From: Dehalococcoidia bacterium
GTDB lineage: Bacteria; Chloroflexota; Dehalococcoidia; E44-bin15
Direction of reading: 5' to 3'
NCBI GenBank assembly: GCA_041649635.1
Contig: JBAZMV010000001.1
Location: 281,197 to 345,196 of the forward strand
DNA length: 64,000 bases
The notes beneath the pieces are model-generated. The model had not been told where the DNA came from. It did no database searches and saw only the letters and a list, made by a program, of their open reading frames with translations. A program made the translations under genes and the position numbers. Shown piece after piece: positions 49,979-60,824 of this stretch (position 1 is its first letter; every line of letters begins with the position of its first letter).

Positions 49979-52144
49979 ATGATACAGGTGGCATATGCCG
50001 TAATCTGGTGGCTCATACTGCTGGTTATAGGGCTGATAACCTTCCCTCTGGTATCGAGGATCTGCTTAAGTCTGCCGGATAAAGGCTACTCCATCACCAA
50101 AATATTAGGGTTGCTCCTCGTAACATATCTTTCATGGCTGCTTGCCAGCATACACATACTTCAATTCGGATATGCCAACATCTCTGTCTCAGCGCTAATC
50201 CTACTAATCCTTTCTTGCTATCTGGGCAGAAAGAATTTAAACCTGAAGAATCTGCCGCTGCGCAAGATGCTGATCAGCGAGGCAATCTTCACAATCGTAT
50301 TCGTGCTATTTCTGGTTTATTTACGATATAAGCCGGATATTTTCTATGCGTACACCGAAGATTTCACGGACTTTGCTTTCCTCCAATCCATTTTGCGCAG
50401 CGACTATTTCCCACCCGCTGATCCATGGCTTGCCGGCACCAGTCTTTCCTACTATTACGGTGGACAACTCGTTACTGCCATATTGACCATGATATCGAAA
50501 GTGCCGTCCTCAATATGTTATAACCTGGCAGTAGCAATGTTCCTGGGCCTTATCGCTAGTGCCTCATACGGAATCGCATATAACATCACGAAAAGGAAAC
50601 TCTACGGTTTTATTGCTGTCGTTTTCATTTGTTTCGCCGGGTTCAGCTCAGGAGTATTTCAACTATTTGCCTTTGTCTTCCACCATGACCTGCTGGGCCA
50701 TAGCGCTACAGGAGCAAGCAGCTTTTCTGAATGGATTCTCAATTTCGATGTAAGTGCTGGTGTGATACCTAACACTGGGAACCTGTACCCTTATGCTGCT
50801 TTTCTGCAAGGTGATTTGCATGCACATACTATAACCATCCCCTTTCAGCTTATGTACATCACACTTATATTTTCACTGCTCAGAAAAAGCGACGAAGCTA
50901 TTAAGAGCACGAGATGGGATTCATTACTAACTGTACTTATATTAGGCGTTAGCTTGGGATTTTTCTCTATCATCAATACATGGGATTATCCCCTATACGC
51001 TGCATTTACATTACTCGCTTTCATACTGCTCAAGATAAAGCTCAGCAAGAAGAGCGTCTTAGGTATCATAATAGTAAGCCTTATATTGTATGTGCCTTAC
51101 TTTGTTACCAGAAATTGGGGCGGGACCCATGGTATTGGTGTGGTCCACATCAGAACTGATCTAGCCGATTTCATTGAACTCTTTGCCCTGTTTTTATTCG
51201 TGGTATTTGCATTCTTCTACGTTTCACTCAAGAAACAGCTGTTTAAAGTGAGAGCGCTTATTGTAATAGCGGCTTTGACTATTGCCATAGCATTGATCTC
51301 TTTCCTAACAGATTTCCAGCTCTTATTAACCCTTATCCCTCTGATTCTGGTGCCCCTATATTGCATATGGAAAGCCCGCGGACAAAATGAGGCGGGATTT
51401 ATGATGCTTTTTATACTCATGGGAGCGTTAATTGCTCTATTCTGTGAGGTTTTTTTCATAGCCGATTCCTTGCCATCTCCATGGGAAAGATTCAATACGG
51501 TTATGAAATTTTATTTACCTCTGTGGGTTTTCCTGGGTATAGCATCGGCATACGGGATATTCTGGGTGTTGGAAAATACCAAGGGAAAGCTTAAGGTCTT
51601 TTGGATTGTTCTTCTCATTGTTCTTGTTCTAGCCTCCATAATTCAGCCTGTAGGACAAACAGTGGGATGGACAAGCAGCCAACGCGACTATTTCGGGATC
51701 GGTAGAGGGACGCTAGACGGAGTAGCTTACGTTAAAACCCTAGCGCCTGACGATTACGAAGCGATTCAATGGATAAACTTAAATATAAAGGGGCAGCCTG
51801 TCATACTGGAGGCACCCGGCGAAGCGTATGATTTTTCATCACATGTTGCAACCATGACCGGATTGCCTACTGTCATAGGCTGGCTTACACATGAAGTGAT
51901 GTGGCGGGGCTCCTGGGATATGGTATCAGGACGAGATACGGAAACGGATAGTATTTACAATGCTCCCGGCAGCGATGAATCGCTTGCCTTACTGAGAAAG
52001 TACAACGTTGAATACATATTTATCGGCAAGGTGGAAAAGGAGAGGTATTCGCTGGATAGTTTAACAGAGTTCGCCAACCATATCGAGAGATATGCCCTGG
52101 TTTATCAAAATCAGGACGTAGAGATATACCGAGTGAACCCGTAA
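49979..52144 (+). CDS. DUF2298-like large membrane protein (GT-C-like)
   Basis: 721 aa with more than 12 TM helices and a C-terminal soluble domain. Architecture matches DUF2298 proteins common in Chloroflexi/archaea (recalled, not verified). Confidence 0.4.
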   Translation: MIQVAYAVIWWLILLVIGLITFPLVSRICLSLPDKGYSITKILGLLLVTYLSWLLASIHILQFGYANISVSALILLILSCYLGRKNLNLKNLPLRKMLISEAIFTIVFVLFLVYLRYKPDIFYAYTEDFTDFAFLQSILRSDYFPPADPWLAGTSLSYYYGGQLVTAILTMISKVPSSICYNLAVAMFLGLIASASYGIAYNITKRKLYGFIAVVFICFAGFSSGVFQLFAFVFHHDLLGHSATGASSFSEWILNFDVSAGVIPNTGNLYPYAAFLQGDLHAHTITIPFQLMYITLIFSLLRKSDEAIKSTRWDSLLTVLILGVSLGFFSIINTWDYPLYAAFTLLAFILLKIKLSKKSVLGIIIVSLILYVPYFVTRNWGGTHGIGVVHIRTDLADFIELFALFLFVVFAFFYVSLKKQLFKVRALIVIAALTIAIALISFLTDFQLLLTLIPLILVPLYCIWKARGQNEAGFMMLFILMGALIALFCEVFFIADSLPSPWERFNTVMKFYLPLWVFLGIASAYGIFWVLENTKGKLKVFWIVLLIVLVLASIIQPVGQTVGWTSSQRDYFGIGRGTLDGVAYVKTLAPDDYEAIQWINLNIKGQPVILEAPGEAYDFSSHVATMTGLPTVIGWLTHEVMWRGSWDMVSGRDTETDSIYNAPGSDESLALLRKYNVEYIFIGKVEKERYSLDSLTEFANHIERYALVYQNQDVEIYRVNP

Positions 52145-52238
52145 TAGTTGCCGCTGTCATGGTATCTGTGCGACAATATGACCACTCCAATAAATATTGG
52201 ACATCAGCGTAAGTTTATCGAGTTAGAGTCAAACGAGA

Positions 52239-53486
52239 ATGCAGACTAAAGCCTTAGAAAAACTGCAACGCTTCGCCTCTCAACGCAGATGGCAGATTGT
52301 TCTGGTCATAGCCGTTCTCGCGATATCTCTCATTATCCGACTTCTCCTTTTCCGTTATCACGGATACTATATAGACGAAAACTGCTTCAAGGCATGGTAC
52401 GATACCGCTGCCAAAGGGGGACTGCATAATTTCTACACTAATACAAGTTGGTGCGATTACCCGCCATTCAACATATACATCTTCTGGATATTCGGTAATC
52501 TCGCTCATACCATAGGTCCGAACAGCTTGGACTTTCTTATCAAGCTGCCTCAAAACCTGTTCGATCTGGCCACAGCTTATCTCATCTTCCGTTTCGTCCG
52601 ATCAAATTATTCCTTTCTACCCGCCCTGATTGCCATGACAGTGTATGCCTTTAATCCAGCTATCATTTTCGATCTTGCCGTGTGGGGACAATTTGACTCG
52701 ATATATACCTTCTTCATGATCGCCTCTCTTTATGCACTTATGCGCTCCAGATATGAGATTTCGGGAGCACTTTTCAGCCTTGCCATACTAACCAAGCCTC
52801 AGAGTATCGTCCTTCTTCCTGTATTGGCCTATATAATACTGAGAAACGGGAGATGGAAACGCGCCATATCAAGCGGTCTGGTATCCATAGCCTCCGTCTT
52901 TCTTTTCATCGCTCCTCTCAATTGGAACGGCGGCCCGATAACCTTCTTGATCGACAAATACTCCGGATATGGCGTATACGAATATAACAGCCTTAACGCC
53001 TACAATTTCTGGGCGCTCCTTGGCTTCTGGAAGCCGGACACCATACCTCACATGGGATTGAGCTACCAGGTGTGGGGTATTATTATGTTTGTTGCTTTTG
53101 TGATTTTTATCATGTGGCAGCTTCATCGTAGATATGAGCAAAAAGCGGCGATATTTGCGGTCTTTCTGCTCATGTTCGGCTTCTTCATGCTCATGACCAG
53201 GATGCACGAGCGATATCTCTTCCCAACTCTCGCTCTTCTAGTCATGAGTTGGAATGGACGTTTTACACTTAAACGCATGACGCCGTGGCTTTATATAGGG
53301 CTAACAGGAACCTTCTTGGCCAACCTGGCTTATGTTTTATCAAAGCTGAAAGCGGAGGCCTTCATTCCGGATGGACACTGGTCCCTCTACGTTCTCGCTC
53401 CAGTTAATATAATTCTGTTCCTGTCCGCTACCATATATTTCTGGAGGATTCAGCGCCGCAAACCTGCTATTGAGGAACTTAGATGA
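52239..53486 (+). CDS. GT-C family glycosyltransferase (ArnT/PMT-like, DUF2029-like)
   Basis: Multi-TM protein with an acidic DE motif (YYIDEN) in the first extracytoplasmic loop, as in GT-C enzymes. Confidence 0.45.
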   Translation: MQTKALEKLQRFASQRRWQIVLVIAVLAISLIIRLLLFRYHGYYIDENCFKAWYDTAAKGGLHNFYTNTSWCDYPPFNIYIFWIFGNLAHTIGPNSLDFLIKLPQNLFDLATAYLIFRFVRSNYSFLPALIAMTVYAFNPAIIFDLAVWGQFDSIYTFFMIASLYALMRSRYEISGALFSLAILTKPQSIVLLPVLAYIILRNGRWKRAISSGLVSIASVFLFIAPLNWNGGPITFLIDKYSGYGVYEYNSLNAYNFWALLGFWKPDTIPHMGLSYQVWGIIMFVAFVIFIMWQLHRRYEQKAAIFAVFLLMFGFFMLMTRMHERYLFPTLALLVMSWNGRFTLKRMTPWLYIGLTGTFLANLAYVLSKLKAEAFIPDGHWSLYVLAPVNIILFLSATIYFWRIQRRKPAIEELR

Positions 53487-55420
53487 AAACTTTGTCTGAT
53501 TCTTCACCGGAGATGACATCAAAAGAAGCTACTCCCATCTCACCCGAGGCTGGAGGAAACGATAATATACATTCAACTCCAGTCCGAAGGATGTTCGCAC
53601 GCCGGCGGCACCTTCTCGCACTGGCAGCCCTGGTTATTATCTTCCTTGCCACGGCTATCTGGAACCTGGGAGATATCCGCATGCCCGCCTCTGACTTCTC
53701 CCCTCAGAGTGATCCGGAGGAAGTATATTTAGACTTGGGCGATACCGTCCATGTAGACAGAGTCTACTTCCTCATTCAGGATTACAGCAGGGTTGATGTT
53801 GATATCTACTGGGGCACTGCGAACAATTGGACCTTCGCTAGAAATTCTCAGTACCACGACATCTGCCGCAAGTGGGAATATGCCGATCTGGGCCAGGATA
53901 CCAGGTATATCCGTCTCGCCTTTAAAGGAAACTCCGGACTAATAGGTGAAGTGGCCGTTTTCTCGGGGGAAAACAAGCTTGCCATAAGCGGCATCTCAAC
54001 AACGGGCAATGTAACGACAGCTAACGCCCTCATCGACGAGCAGCATCTTGTAAACAATCCCGGAGCATCCAGGTCAACCACGTATTTCGACGAAATATAC
54101 TACGTTCGGGCGGCGGAAGCCTACCTGAATTACAATGAGATAACGGATTGGAAAGGCCAGACGAGCTGGGACCATCCGCCGCTGAGCAAGCTGATAATCG
54201 CTGCCAGTATAGGTATTTTTGGTCATAATCCATTCGCCTGGCGCATCGCGGGAGTTCTCTTTGCCGCTCTAGCAATCGTTCTCATTTTCCTGCTCGCAAG
54301 GCGCATGTTCGGGACCCCGCGGGCCGGGCTTATCGCCGCTTTCCTGCTCACATTCGACTGCATGCACTTCGCGCAGGCCAGGATCGCTACTCCGGATACT
54401 TTTATCATCCTCTTTTATATAGGAATGGTCTATTTCTTCTACCGATACTTGCAGGATACAGCTCACGGAGGCAAGTTCCTTTTCTGGAGCCTGTTATTCT
54501 TCGGCCTCGGATTTTCCACTAAGTGGTTTGTAATGTACGGCTTTGTGGGCTTGATGCTGCTGCTGGTCATTCAGAAGGTGCGCGAAAGGAAGATCGGAAA
54601 AGGTGAAATAGCCTGGTTCGTAGCCGGCCTGGGGGCATCGGTAGCCGTCTATATGTTTTCCTATATAATCTATTTTGTCGCTCCCCTGGAACACGGCAAT
54701 CCTGAAAACGGCTGGTGGAAGATACAGTGGGATAGTTTCATGTTCCATTCCACTCTGTCGTCACCCCATCCAAGCGGCTCACCCTGGTACACCTGGCCAC
54801 TGATGCTGAACCCGGTATGGTTCTACGTAGGATACTTCCCTAACACCCGCGCTTATATCGCCAGTTTCGGCAACGCGGCCCTGTGGTGGATGACAATACC
54901 GGCGATGACCTCTACTATGCTTATTGTCATCAACTGGTTTGCAAACAGCTTGAAGGGCAGGGCTGAGAATTCCGTCGCAGGGTCTGACTATCTCCTTTCA
55001 CACGTTATAGGCAAGAAACACACCGTCATGGTAGTCATCAGATGGCTTGCCAGTATTCTGCTCCGAACCATAAATATAACTTCAAGGGTCCTCAGTCACC
55101 TATGGCGCGAGCTCGGCGACAAACGCGAGGTTGCTTTGTTTATCCTCATACCGTTCCTCGCTCAATGGCTCTTCTTTATACCTATCAGCCGGGTGGTCTT
55201 CCTATATCATTTCTATCCGAGTTTGATCTTCGTCATTCTTGCAATCACCCTGTGGGCTGAGTGGTTGTGGAAAAGATTCAGGTGGGGGAAATGGGTTGTA
55301 GAAACCTATCTTGTTCTTAATGTCGCATGCTTTATCTTCTGCTTCCCCGCAATATCAGGATTGCCCATGTCAAACGCCTACTGGGATATGATGCAATGGA
55401 TGGTGCACTGGATATGGTAG
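53483..55420 (+). CDS. Dolichyl-phosphate-mannose-protein mannosyltransferase family (GT39/PMT-like)
   Basis: YFDEIYYVRAAEAY (the PMT DE motif) and WDHPPLSKLIIAAS parallel the conserved PMT loop-1 blocks. 4-nt overlap with the upstream GT-C gene. Confidence 0.65.
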   Translation: MKTLSDSSPEMTSKEATPISPEAGGNDNIHSTPVRRMFARRRHLLALAALVIIFLATAIWNLGDIRMPASDFSPQSDPEEVYLDLGDTVHVDRVYFLIQDYSRVDVDIYWGTANNWTFARNSQYHDICRKWEYADLGQDTRYIRLAFKGNSGLIGEVAVFSGENKLAISGISTTGNVTTANALIDEQHLVNNPGASRSTTYFDEIYYVRAAEAYLNYNEITDWKGQTSWDHPPLSKLIIAASIGIFGHNPFAWRIAGVLFAALAIVLIFLLARRMFGTPRAGLIAAFLLTFDCMHFAQARIATPDTFIILFYIGMVYFFYRYLQDTAHGGKFLFWSLLFFGLGFSTKWFVMYGFVGLMLLLVIQKVRERKIGKGEIAWFVAGLGASVAVYMFSYIIYFVAPLEHGNPENGWWKIQWDSFMFHSTLSSPHPSGSPWYTWPLMLNPVWFYVGYFPNTRAYIASFGNAALWWMTIPAMTSTMLIVINWFANSLKGRAENSVAGSDYLLSHVIGKKHTVMVVIRWLASILLRTINITSRVLSHLWRELGDKREVALFILIPFLAQWLFFIPISRVVFLYHFYPSLIFVILAITLWAEWLWKRFRWGKWVVETYLVLNVACFIFCFPAISGLPMSNAYWDMMQWMVHWIW

Positions 55421-55573
55421 GCCGGCAAATCTACGCCTGACCGGAAGCAGACATCTAGATCTCCCCTCGGACTGGAAACAGCCTGAAACACCCGGATTTA
55501 TTCGACCGCATAGGAAACGCATTATTCGCTGCCGACGTTGAATCAGGCGTAATACAGACTCATAAGTCAGCGA

Positions 55574-56596
55574 TTACAGCTTCTGAGACCTCTGATTACG
55601 GCCGATCGCTTTCACTTTCGCGAGGGAGAAATTCTCTTTCCACAAGAACACAAAACCCAGCGCTATCACGGGGAAGAGGATAACGGCATGCAGGACGATG
55701 ACATAAGCGCTCACCGAAGCTTCATAAACCGAACTGGCAACTCCGGCAGGTATGAAGAGCATCATTGTCAGTTTGCAGAAATAATCGAAAGGACCGACGC
55801 CTCCGGGAGCAACGAATATGAGCGCCCAACTCAGACTAGCGACCGACGTGACCAGCAACATAATATAATACGGTTGCCCGAGATCGAAGGAACGGGCCGT
55901 CATGTAAAATAATCCCGCCTCGCACAGCCAGACCAGCACTGAGAATGTCAATGTAACAAGAAGCTGTTTCGGGCTGCGCATGAATCTCAAACCGTCTATC
56001 ATATTAAGCAGCCATGCCTTCACGGCGTCGCGCCATCTCCTGGGCAATATGAGCAGCAGAAAATTTATCACCCTGTTCCTGAACCGTTCTGAGAAAACAA
56101 GCAAAAAACATAGGAGCAATGCAACCGAAAAGAGGCCGGCCGCGACATCAACCGCCTGCTCGATCCTGCCGGATAAAGGGGCCACTATCGATATGAATAA
56201 AGCTAACACAAACAGTATTATCCCATCGAAAACCTGCTCGGCGACCATGGTTCCACCGACCGCCATCTTGCTTATGTTTTCTTTCTCTCCCAGAATATAA
56301 GCTCTGACAACTATACCGAGTCGCCCGGGTAATAAATTATTAACCATAAATCCGATGACCACCAGCGGGAATAGCCGAAAGGAAGAGAACTCTCCCAGCG
56401 GTTTCAGAAAAAATTTCCAGCGCCAGGCGCGGAGGTAGACGCCGCAGAAATAGATGAGCACGCCGGGGATGAGGTAGACGTAGTTCGCTTCCTTTAACGC
56501 CTGGCCCATCTCGGCAAAATCCGTCCTGTATAGAAACAGGAAAAGCAGAACCGCGGAGACCGCGGCACCAAGCAAGAAGTGCTTATTTCTTAACAA
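55574..56596 (-). CDS. UPF0104/LPG-synthase-TM (flippase-like) membrane protein
   Basis: N-terminal LLGAAVSAVLLFLFL...YLRAWRWKFFLKPLG is typical of the lysylphosphatidylglycerol-synthase TM domain family. Confidence 0.55.
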   Translation of the reverse strand: MLRNKHFLLGAAVSAVLLFLFLYRTDFAEMGQALKEANYVYLIPGVLIYFCGVYLRAWRWKFFLKPLGEFSSFRLFPLVVIGFMVNNLLPGRLGIVVRAYILGEKENISKMAVGGTMVAEQVFDGIILFVLALFISIVAPLSGRIEQAVDVAAGLFSVALLLCFLLVFSERFRNRVINFLLLILPRRWRDAVKAWLLNMIDGLRFMRSPKQLLVTLTFSVLVWLCEAGLFYMTARSFDLGQPYYIMLLVTSVASLSWALIFVAPGGVGPFDYFCKLTMMLFIPAGVASSVYEASVSAYVIVLHAVILFPVIALGFVFLWKENFSLAKVKAIGRNQRSQKL

Positions 56597-56617
56597 CTAT
56601 ATTCCCCTTTTCGTCGA

Positions 56618-57520
56618 TCAAGAGGAAAGCTCCTCGACGAATGCCTGCGCGTCGAACGGGGCGATATCGTCTATGCCCTCGCCAGTTCCGACATACAAGA
56701 TCGGTATCTTGAGCTGATCGCAGATCGCCAGCACGATGCCGCCTCTGGCCGTGCCGTCCAGCTTGGTCAGAATGATCCCAGTCACATCGACGGCTTCGGT
56801 GAAATACTTGGCCTGGGAAAGGCCGTTCTGCCCCGTAGTAGCGTCCAGAACGAGGAATACCTCGTGGGGAGCGCCGGGATCGCTGCGGGAGATGACCCGC
56901 TTTATCTTCTTCATCTCCTCCATGAGATTGAACTTGGTGTGCAGCCTCCCCGCGGTATCTATCAGCAGCACGTCCGCCCCGCGCGCCCGCGCCGCCTCCA
57001 GGCCGTCGAATACCACCGCCCCGGGGTCGGCGCCCGATTTGTGATAGACGACATCGGCCCCGATGCGTTCTCCCAGGATCCGTATCTGCTCGATAGCCGC
57101 AGCGCGGAACGTGTCCGCAGCGGCGATTATTACCTTTTTCCCCTTCTTAATATATATGTTCCCCAGCTTGGCAGTGGACAGCGTCTTGCCGGTGCCGTTA
57201 ACGCCGACCGCCAGCACGATCAGCGGCCGGGCTGAAGCATGCTTCTCCTCCGATGGAATCGATACGTTCAGGATATCGACCATCTCCTGCTTGAGCGCAA
57301 CGTACACCTGATCGCTGCTGTCCAGCTTCTCGCTCCTGGCCCTGCTTCTAACGCGCTCGATCAGTTTCGCGGCGGTGTCCATCCCGACATCCGCCGAAAT
57401 CAATAACTCCTCCAGATCATCCCAGAGCGTATCCTCTATCGCGCTCCGTTCAAAAAGCGTGGTTACCTTGCTGAACCAGCCTTCCTTGCTTTTCTTCAGT
57501 ACCTTATCGAATATTCCCAC
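56618..57520 (-). CDS. ftsY: Signal recognition particle receptor FtsY (short NG form)
   Basis: SRP GTPase G1 [11 protein letters not shown]3 DTAGR and TKLDG. Confidence 0.85.
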   Translation of the reverse strand: MGIFDKVLKKSKEGWFSKVTTLFERSAIEDTLWDDLEELLISADVGMDTAAKLIERVRSRARSEKLDSSDQVYVALKQEMVDILNVSIPSEEKHASARPLIVLAVGVNGTGKTLSTAKLGNIYIKKGKKVIIAAADTFRAAAIEQIRILGERIGADVVYHKSGADPGAVVFDGLEAARARGADVLLIDTAGRLHTKFNLMEEMKKIKRVISRSDPGAPHEVFLVLDATTGQNGLSQAKYFTEAVDVTGIILTKLDGTARGGIVLAICDQLKIPILYVGTGEGIDDIAPFDAQAFVEELSS

Positions 57521-57572
57521 TGATGTAACCTCGCTTAAATTCAGCTATGATAACACGGTCTTGCAAGCACGG

Positions 57573-58436
57573 TCAACGAATGGAAGACCAGGTCAGCTTC
57601 CTGTATTCCGCAGTAAGAAGCTCGGTGATTTTGCCGCGACAGCCCATACCGACCTCTCTGCCTTCAATCGAAGCGACTGGCATTATCTCGATGACCGAGT
57701 TCGTTATAAATACCTCTTGCGCCTTCTTCAGTCTTTCCACACCGATCGACTCCTGCATTAACTCGATGTCGAGCTTTGCGGCCAGATCGATGACGATGCC
57801 GCGCGTGATGCCGGGTAGTATTCCAGCGTCTACCGGAGGAGTTACGACCCTGCCTGATTCGACTATTAATATATTGCTGGCGCTGCACTCGGCCACGCAG
57901 CCATCGGTATTGAGCAGTATGGCCTCGTCGCATCCGGCGCCGACGGCCTCTGTGTGAGCCAGCATGTTCTCCATATACCCCAGCGTCTTCATGCGGCACA
58001 GCGGAGACTTGTTGTTCCTTCTGATGCTGGCGATGGAGGTACGCAGGCCTTTTGAATATTTCTCGACAGACGGAAGAGAAAGCGCCTCAACAGTAATTAT
58101 TGTTGTAAGATTTCCGGTCGACGGAAGGGCGATACCGCGGCTGCCCTCACCCGCCGTGACCGTCAACCTGATGCGCGCATCTTCAAGGCCGTTAGCCTTG
58201 AGCGTCGTCAACACGCCGCCCTCCAGTTTTTCAGGCTCAAGCGCCTCTTTTATGCCCAGGAAGGCCGCCGAATCGGCCAGGCGGGCTATGTGACGGTCGA
58301 GATAAAAAACGCGGCCGTTGTAAGAACGCATCGTTTCAAAAAGACCGTAGCCGTAGAGGAAACCGCGATCGAAGGCCGATATGCGAGCCTTGTCCCTGCT
58401 AACGAGCTCGCCGTTGATATAGACCAACTGCTCCAT
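57573..58436 (-). CDS. pabC: Class IV aminotransferase, probable aminodeoxychorismate lyase
   Basis: RGFLYGYGLFET and a class IV fold. Operon with pabA/pabB. Confidence 0.7.
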   Translation of the reverse strand: MEQLVYINGELVSRDKARISAFDRGFLYGYGLFETMRSYNGRVFYLDRHIARLADSAAFLGIKEALEPEKLEGGVLTTLKANGLEDARIRLTVTAGEGSRGIALPSTGNLTTIITVEALSLPSVEKYSKGLRTSIASIRRNNKSPLCRMKTLGYMENMLAHTEAVGAGCDEAILLNTDGCVAECSASNILIVESGRVVTPPVDAGILPGITRGIVIDLAAKLDIELMQESIGVERLKKAQEVFITNSVIEIMPVASIEGREVGMGCRGKITELLTAEYRKLTWSSIR

Positions 58437-58438
58437 CT

Positions 58439-59029
58439 CTAAAAATCCTCACCCCATACCGGGCTGGAGATAGCGAGAAAGCGACCTATCATATCGTATC
58501 CGGCCGGGGTCAGCACAGACTCGGGATGGAATTGCACGCCCTCGACCGCATACCGCCGATGGCGGATGCCCATGATATGACCGTCCGACGTGGAGGCTGT
58601 GACGGCGACGTCGTCGCACAGCGTACCCGGACACACGGCGAGCGAATGATAGCGTCCCGCATCGAAGGGATTTTCCACGCCGGAATATATGGTGTTGCCG
58701 TCATGGTATATGAGCGACGGCTTCCCGTGAACCGGGCGCGTCCGCTCGATGCGCCCCCCGTACACATACCCGATGCACTGATGCCCCAGGCAAACCCCCA
58801 GGATCGGAACCCGGCCGGCAAAGTGACGCACCACATCGTTCGATACGCCCGCCTCCAGAGGCGACTTCGGCCCGGGCGATATGATGATATGAGACGCGCT
58901 CATGCGCTCGATATCTTCGACTGCGATAGCATCGTTCCTGTACACCGTCGGCTCGTATCCGGCGCGCCCGACATACTGCGCCAGGTTGAAGACGAAAGAA
59001 TCGTAATTGTCGATTATAAGAACCGCCAC
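58439..59029 (-). CDS. pabA: Aminodeoxychorismate/anthranilate synthase glutamine amidotransferase component
   Basis: IIDNYDSFVFNL, the catalytic GVCLGHQ and the HPES block. Confidence 0.8.
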   Translation of the reverse strand: MAVLIIDNYDSFVFNLAQYVGRAGYEPTVYRNDAIAVEDIERMSASHIIISPGPKSPLEAGVSNDVVRHFAGRVPILGVCLGHQCIGYVYGGRIERTRPVHGKPSLIYHDGNTIYSGVENPFDAGRYHSLAVCPGTLCDDVAVTASTSDGHIMGIRHRRYAVEGVQFHPESVLTPAGYDMIGRFLAISSPVWGEDF

Positions 59030-59031
59030 GT

Positions 59032-59319
59032 CTAAGCTTCCAGACGTTTCTTCATTTCGTTTATCGTCTCCTGGAAACGCTCGGCCGTCTTGGCCGCGTG
59101 CAGCATCTCCCTCTGCAGGCCCTTCATCTTCTTTTGCAGGTCCTCTATCATCTGGGCGGAATCATCCGTCCCCGCGGATATAAGCTCAAGGTCGAGCTGA
59201 AAGTCGCGCAGGAAACCTTGGGACACCTCGATGAACTGTTTGAACCCGCTAACGATCTTGGGCAGCGTATTGATGATCAAATCCTCGTTAGACCCCGCGG
59301 GATATTTTCTTGCCGACAT
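59032..59319 (-). CDS. Small coiled-coil hypothetical protein embedded in pab operon
   Basis: 95-aa charged protein. It is separated from pabB and pabA by only 1-2 nt on each side. Confidence 0.35.
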   Translation of the reverse strand: MSARKYPAGSNEDLIINTLPKIVSGFKQFIEVSQGFLRDFQLDLELISAGTDDSAQMIEDLQKKMKGLQREMLHAAKTAERFQETINEMKKRLEA

Positions 59320-59320
59320 A

Positions 59321-60805
59321 TCAACTCCTTAAACTTCCGGCCGTATTCTTCAAACCCAGCGCCGCCGTGAGCGCCCGCGCCTTGTCCAGCGTCTCCTGAT
59401 ACTCCATCGCCGGATCGGAATCCGCTACGATGCCGCCTCCGACCTGAAAGCAGACCCTGTCACCTTTGATGACGAAGGTGCGTATCACGATATTCAGGTC
59501 CATGCCGCCGTCGAATCCCAGGTAGCCGACCGAGCCGGTATAGATGCCCCTCTTCGTAGGCTCGAGCTCATCTATTATCTCCATGGCCCGCACCTTGGGC
59601 GCGCCTGTTATCGACCCGCCGGGGAAGGCGGCCTTGAGCAGATCGATCCTGTCGTTGCCCCGTCCGAGCTTGCCTTCGACGGTGGATGTAAGCTGAAACA
59701 CCGTCGCGTATTTTTCCAGTGTGCACAAATCATCGACCTTTACCGAGCCGTATTCGCACACCCTGCCGAGGTCGTTCCTCTCCAGGTCCACGATCATGAT
59801 ATTCTCGGCGCGATCCTTCCCGCTGCTCAAAAGCTCGGCGGCAAGCGCCTCGTCCTCGGCCGGCGACCGCCCCCTCGGGCGCGTGCCCTTCATCGGCCTG
59901 GTCTCGACGCGGCCGCCCGAAACGCGCAGGAACCTCTCGGGAGAAGCGCCTGCGACGGTAACATCCCCGAAATTCAGGTAGCAGGCGAAGGGTGCCGGGC
60001 TCTCGCCGCGCAGCCGCAGATACAATTCATACGGGTCGCAGGGCAGTTTCGATTCGAAGCGCTGCGACAGGTTCACCTGAAAGATGTCGCCGTTCGCTAT
60101 GTATTCTATAGCGGCTTCCACCGCCTTGATATATTCATCGCGCGTGAAGTTGGAGTAAACCTCCGCCCCGTTTTGCGATTCTATAACCCGAAGGCGAGAC
60201 GACTTTTCTCCAGCATGTCCCCTATCAGCACTTCGACCGTTACTACATACAAGCTGTTTCAGCTCCTCGACGCGCTGTCCAGCTTTTCTCTCCCTTCGAA
60301 TTTCATCGACCTCCGGCAGTCCCGTGGAAACGACGTAAGCTTTATTCTCGACATGATCGTAAGCGATGACGGAATCATAGAAAGCCACGCAGCAGTCTGG
60401 AATCATCATATCATCCGTCGCGGTAGCCGGCAGCTTCTCGATAAAGTGGCACAGGTCGTATCCGAAATAACCGACAGCCCCTCCCGCAAACGGCACCGGA
60501 CACCTCGACGAATCGATGTTATATCGAGCCAGTTGCTCCCTTAAAATTTCGAAGGGATTGCCGCTGACATAAATCCTTTCGTCGCGCGAAACGAGACTGG
60601 TTTCACTGCCGCGGCTGATGAGCACAAGAAAAGGGTCGCTGCCGATGAAAGAATACCGACCCAGGCCGTATGGATTGATGCCGCTGTCCAGAAAGAAACT
60701 CCAAGTATAATCCTTGATAACCCTGAAAGCATCTTGGGCATCGATACAGTCTGTCAACTCTTCGATGAAAGGATGATTATTCGAGCGGCTCCGGATGCTT
60801 GCCAT
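59321..60805 (-). CDS. pabB: Aminodeoxychorismate synthase component I (chorismate-binding enzyme)
   Basis: C-terminal chorismate-binding blocks PGGSITGAPK and RGIYTGSVGY. Confidence 0.8.
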   Translation of the reverse strand: MASIRSRSNNHPFIEELTDCIDAQDAFRVIKDYTWSFFLDSGINPYGLGRYSFIGSDPFLVLISRGSETSLVSRDERIYVSGNPFEILREQLARYNIDSSRCPVPFAGGAVGYFGYDLCHFIEKLPATATDDMMIPDCCVAFYDSVIAYDHVENKAYVVSTGLPEVDEIRRERKAGQRVEELKQLVCSNGRSADRGHAGEKSSRLRVIESQNGAEVYSNFTRDEYIKAVEAAIEYIANGDIFQVNLSQRFESKLPCDPYELYLRLRGESPAPFACYLNFGDVTVAGASPERFLRVSGGRVETRPMKGTRPRGRSPAEDEALAAELLSSGKDRAENIMIVDLERNDLGRVCEYGSVKVDDLCTLEKYATVFQLTSTVEGKLGRGNDRIDLLKAAFPGGSITGAPKVRAMEIIDELEPTKRGIYTGSVGYLGFDGGMDLNIVIRTFVIKGDRVCFQVGGGIVADSDPAMEYQETLDKARALTAALGLKNTAGSLRS

Positions 60806-60824
60806 GAGTCGTCTACCTTGAGCC

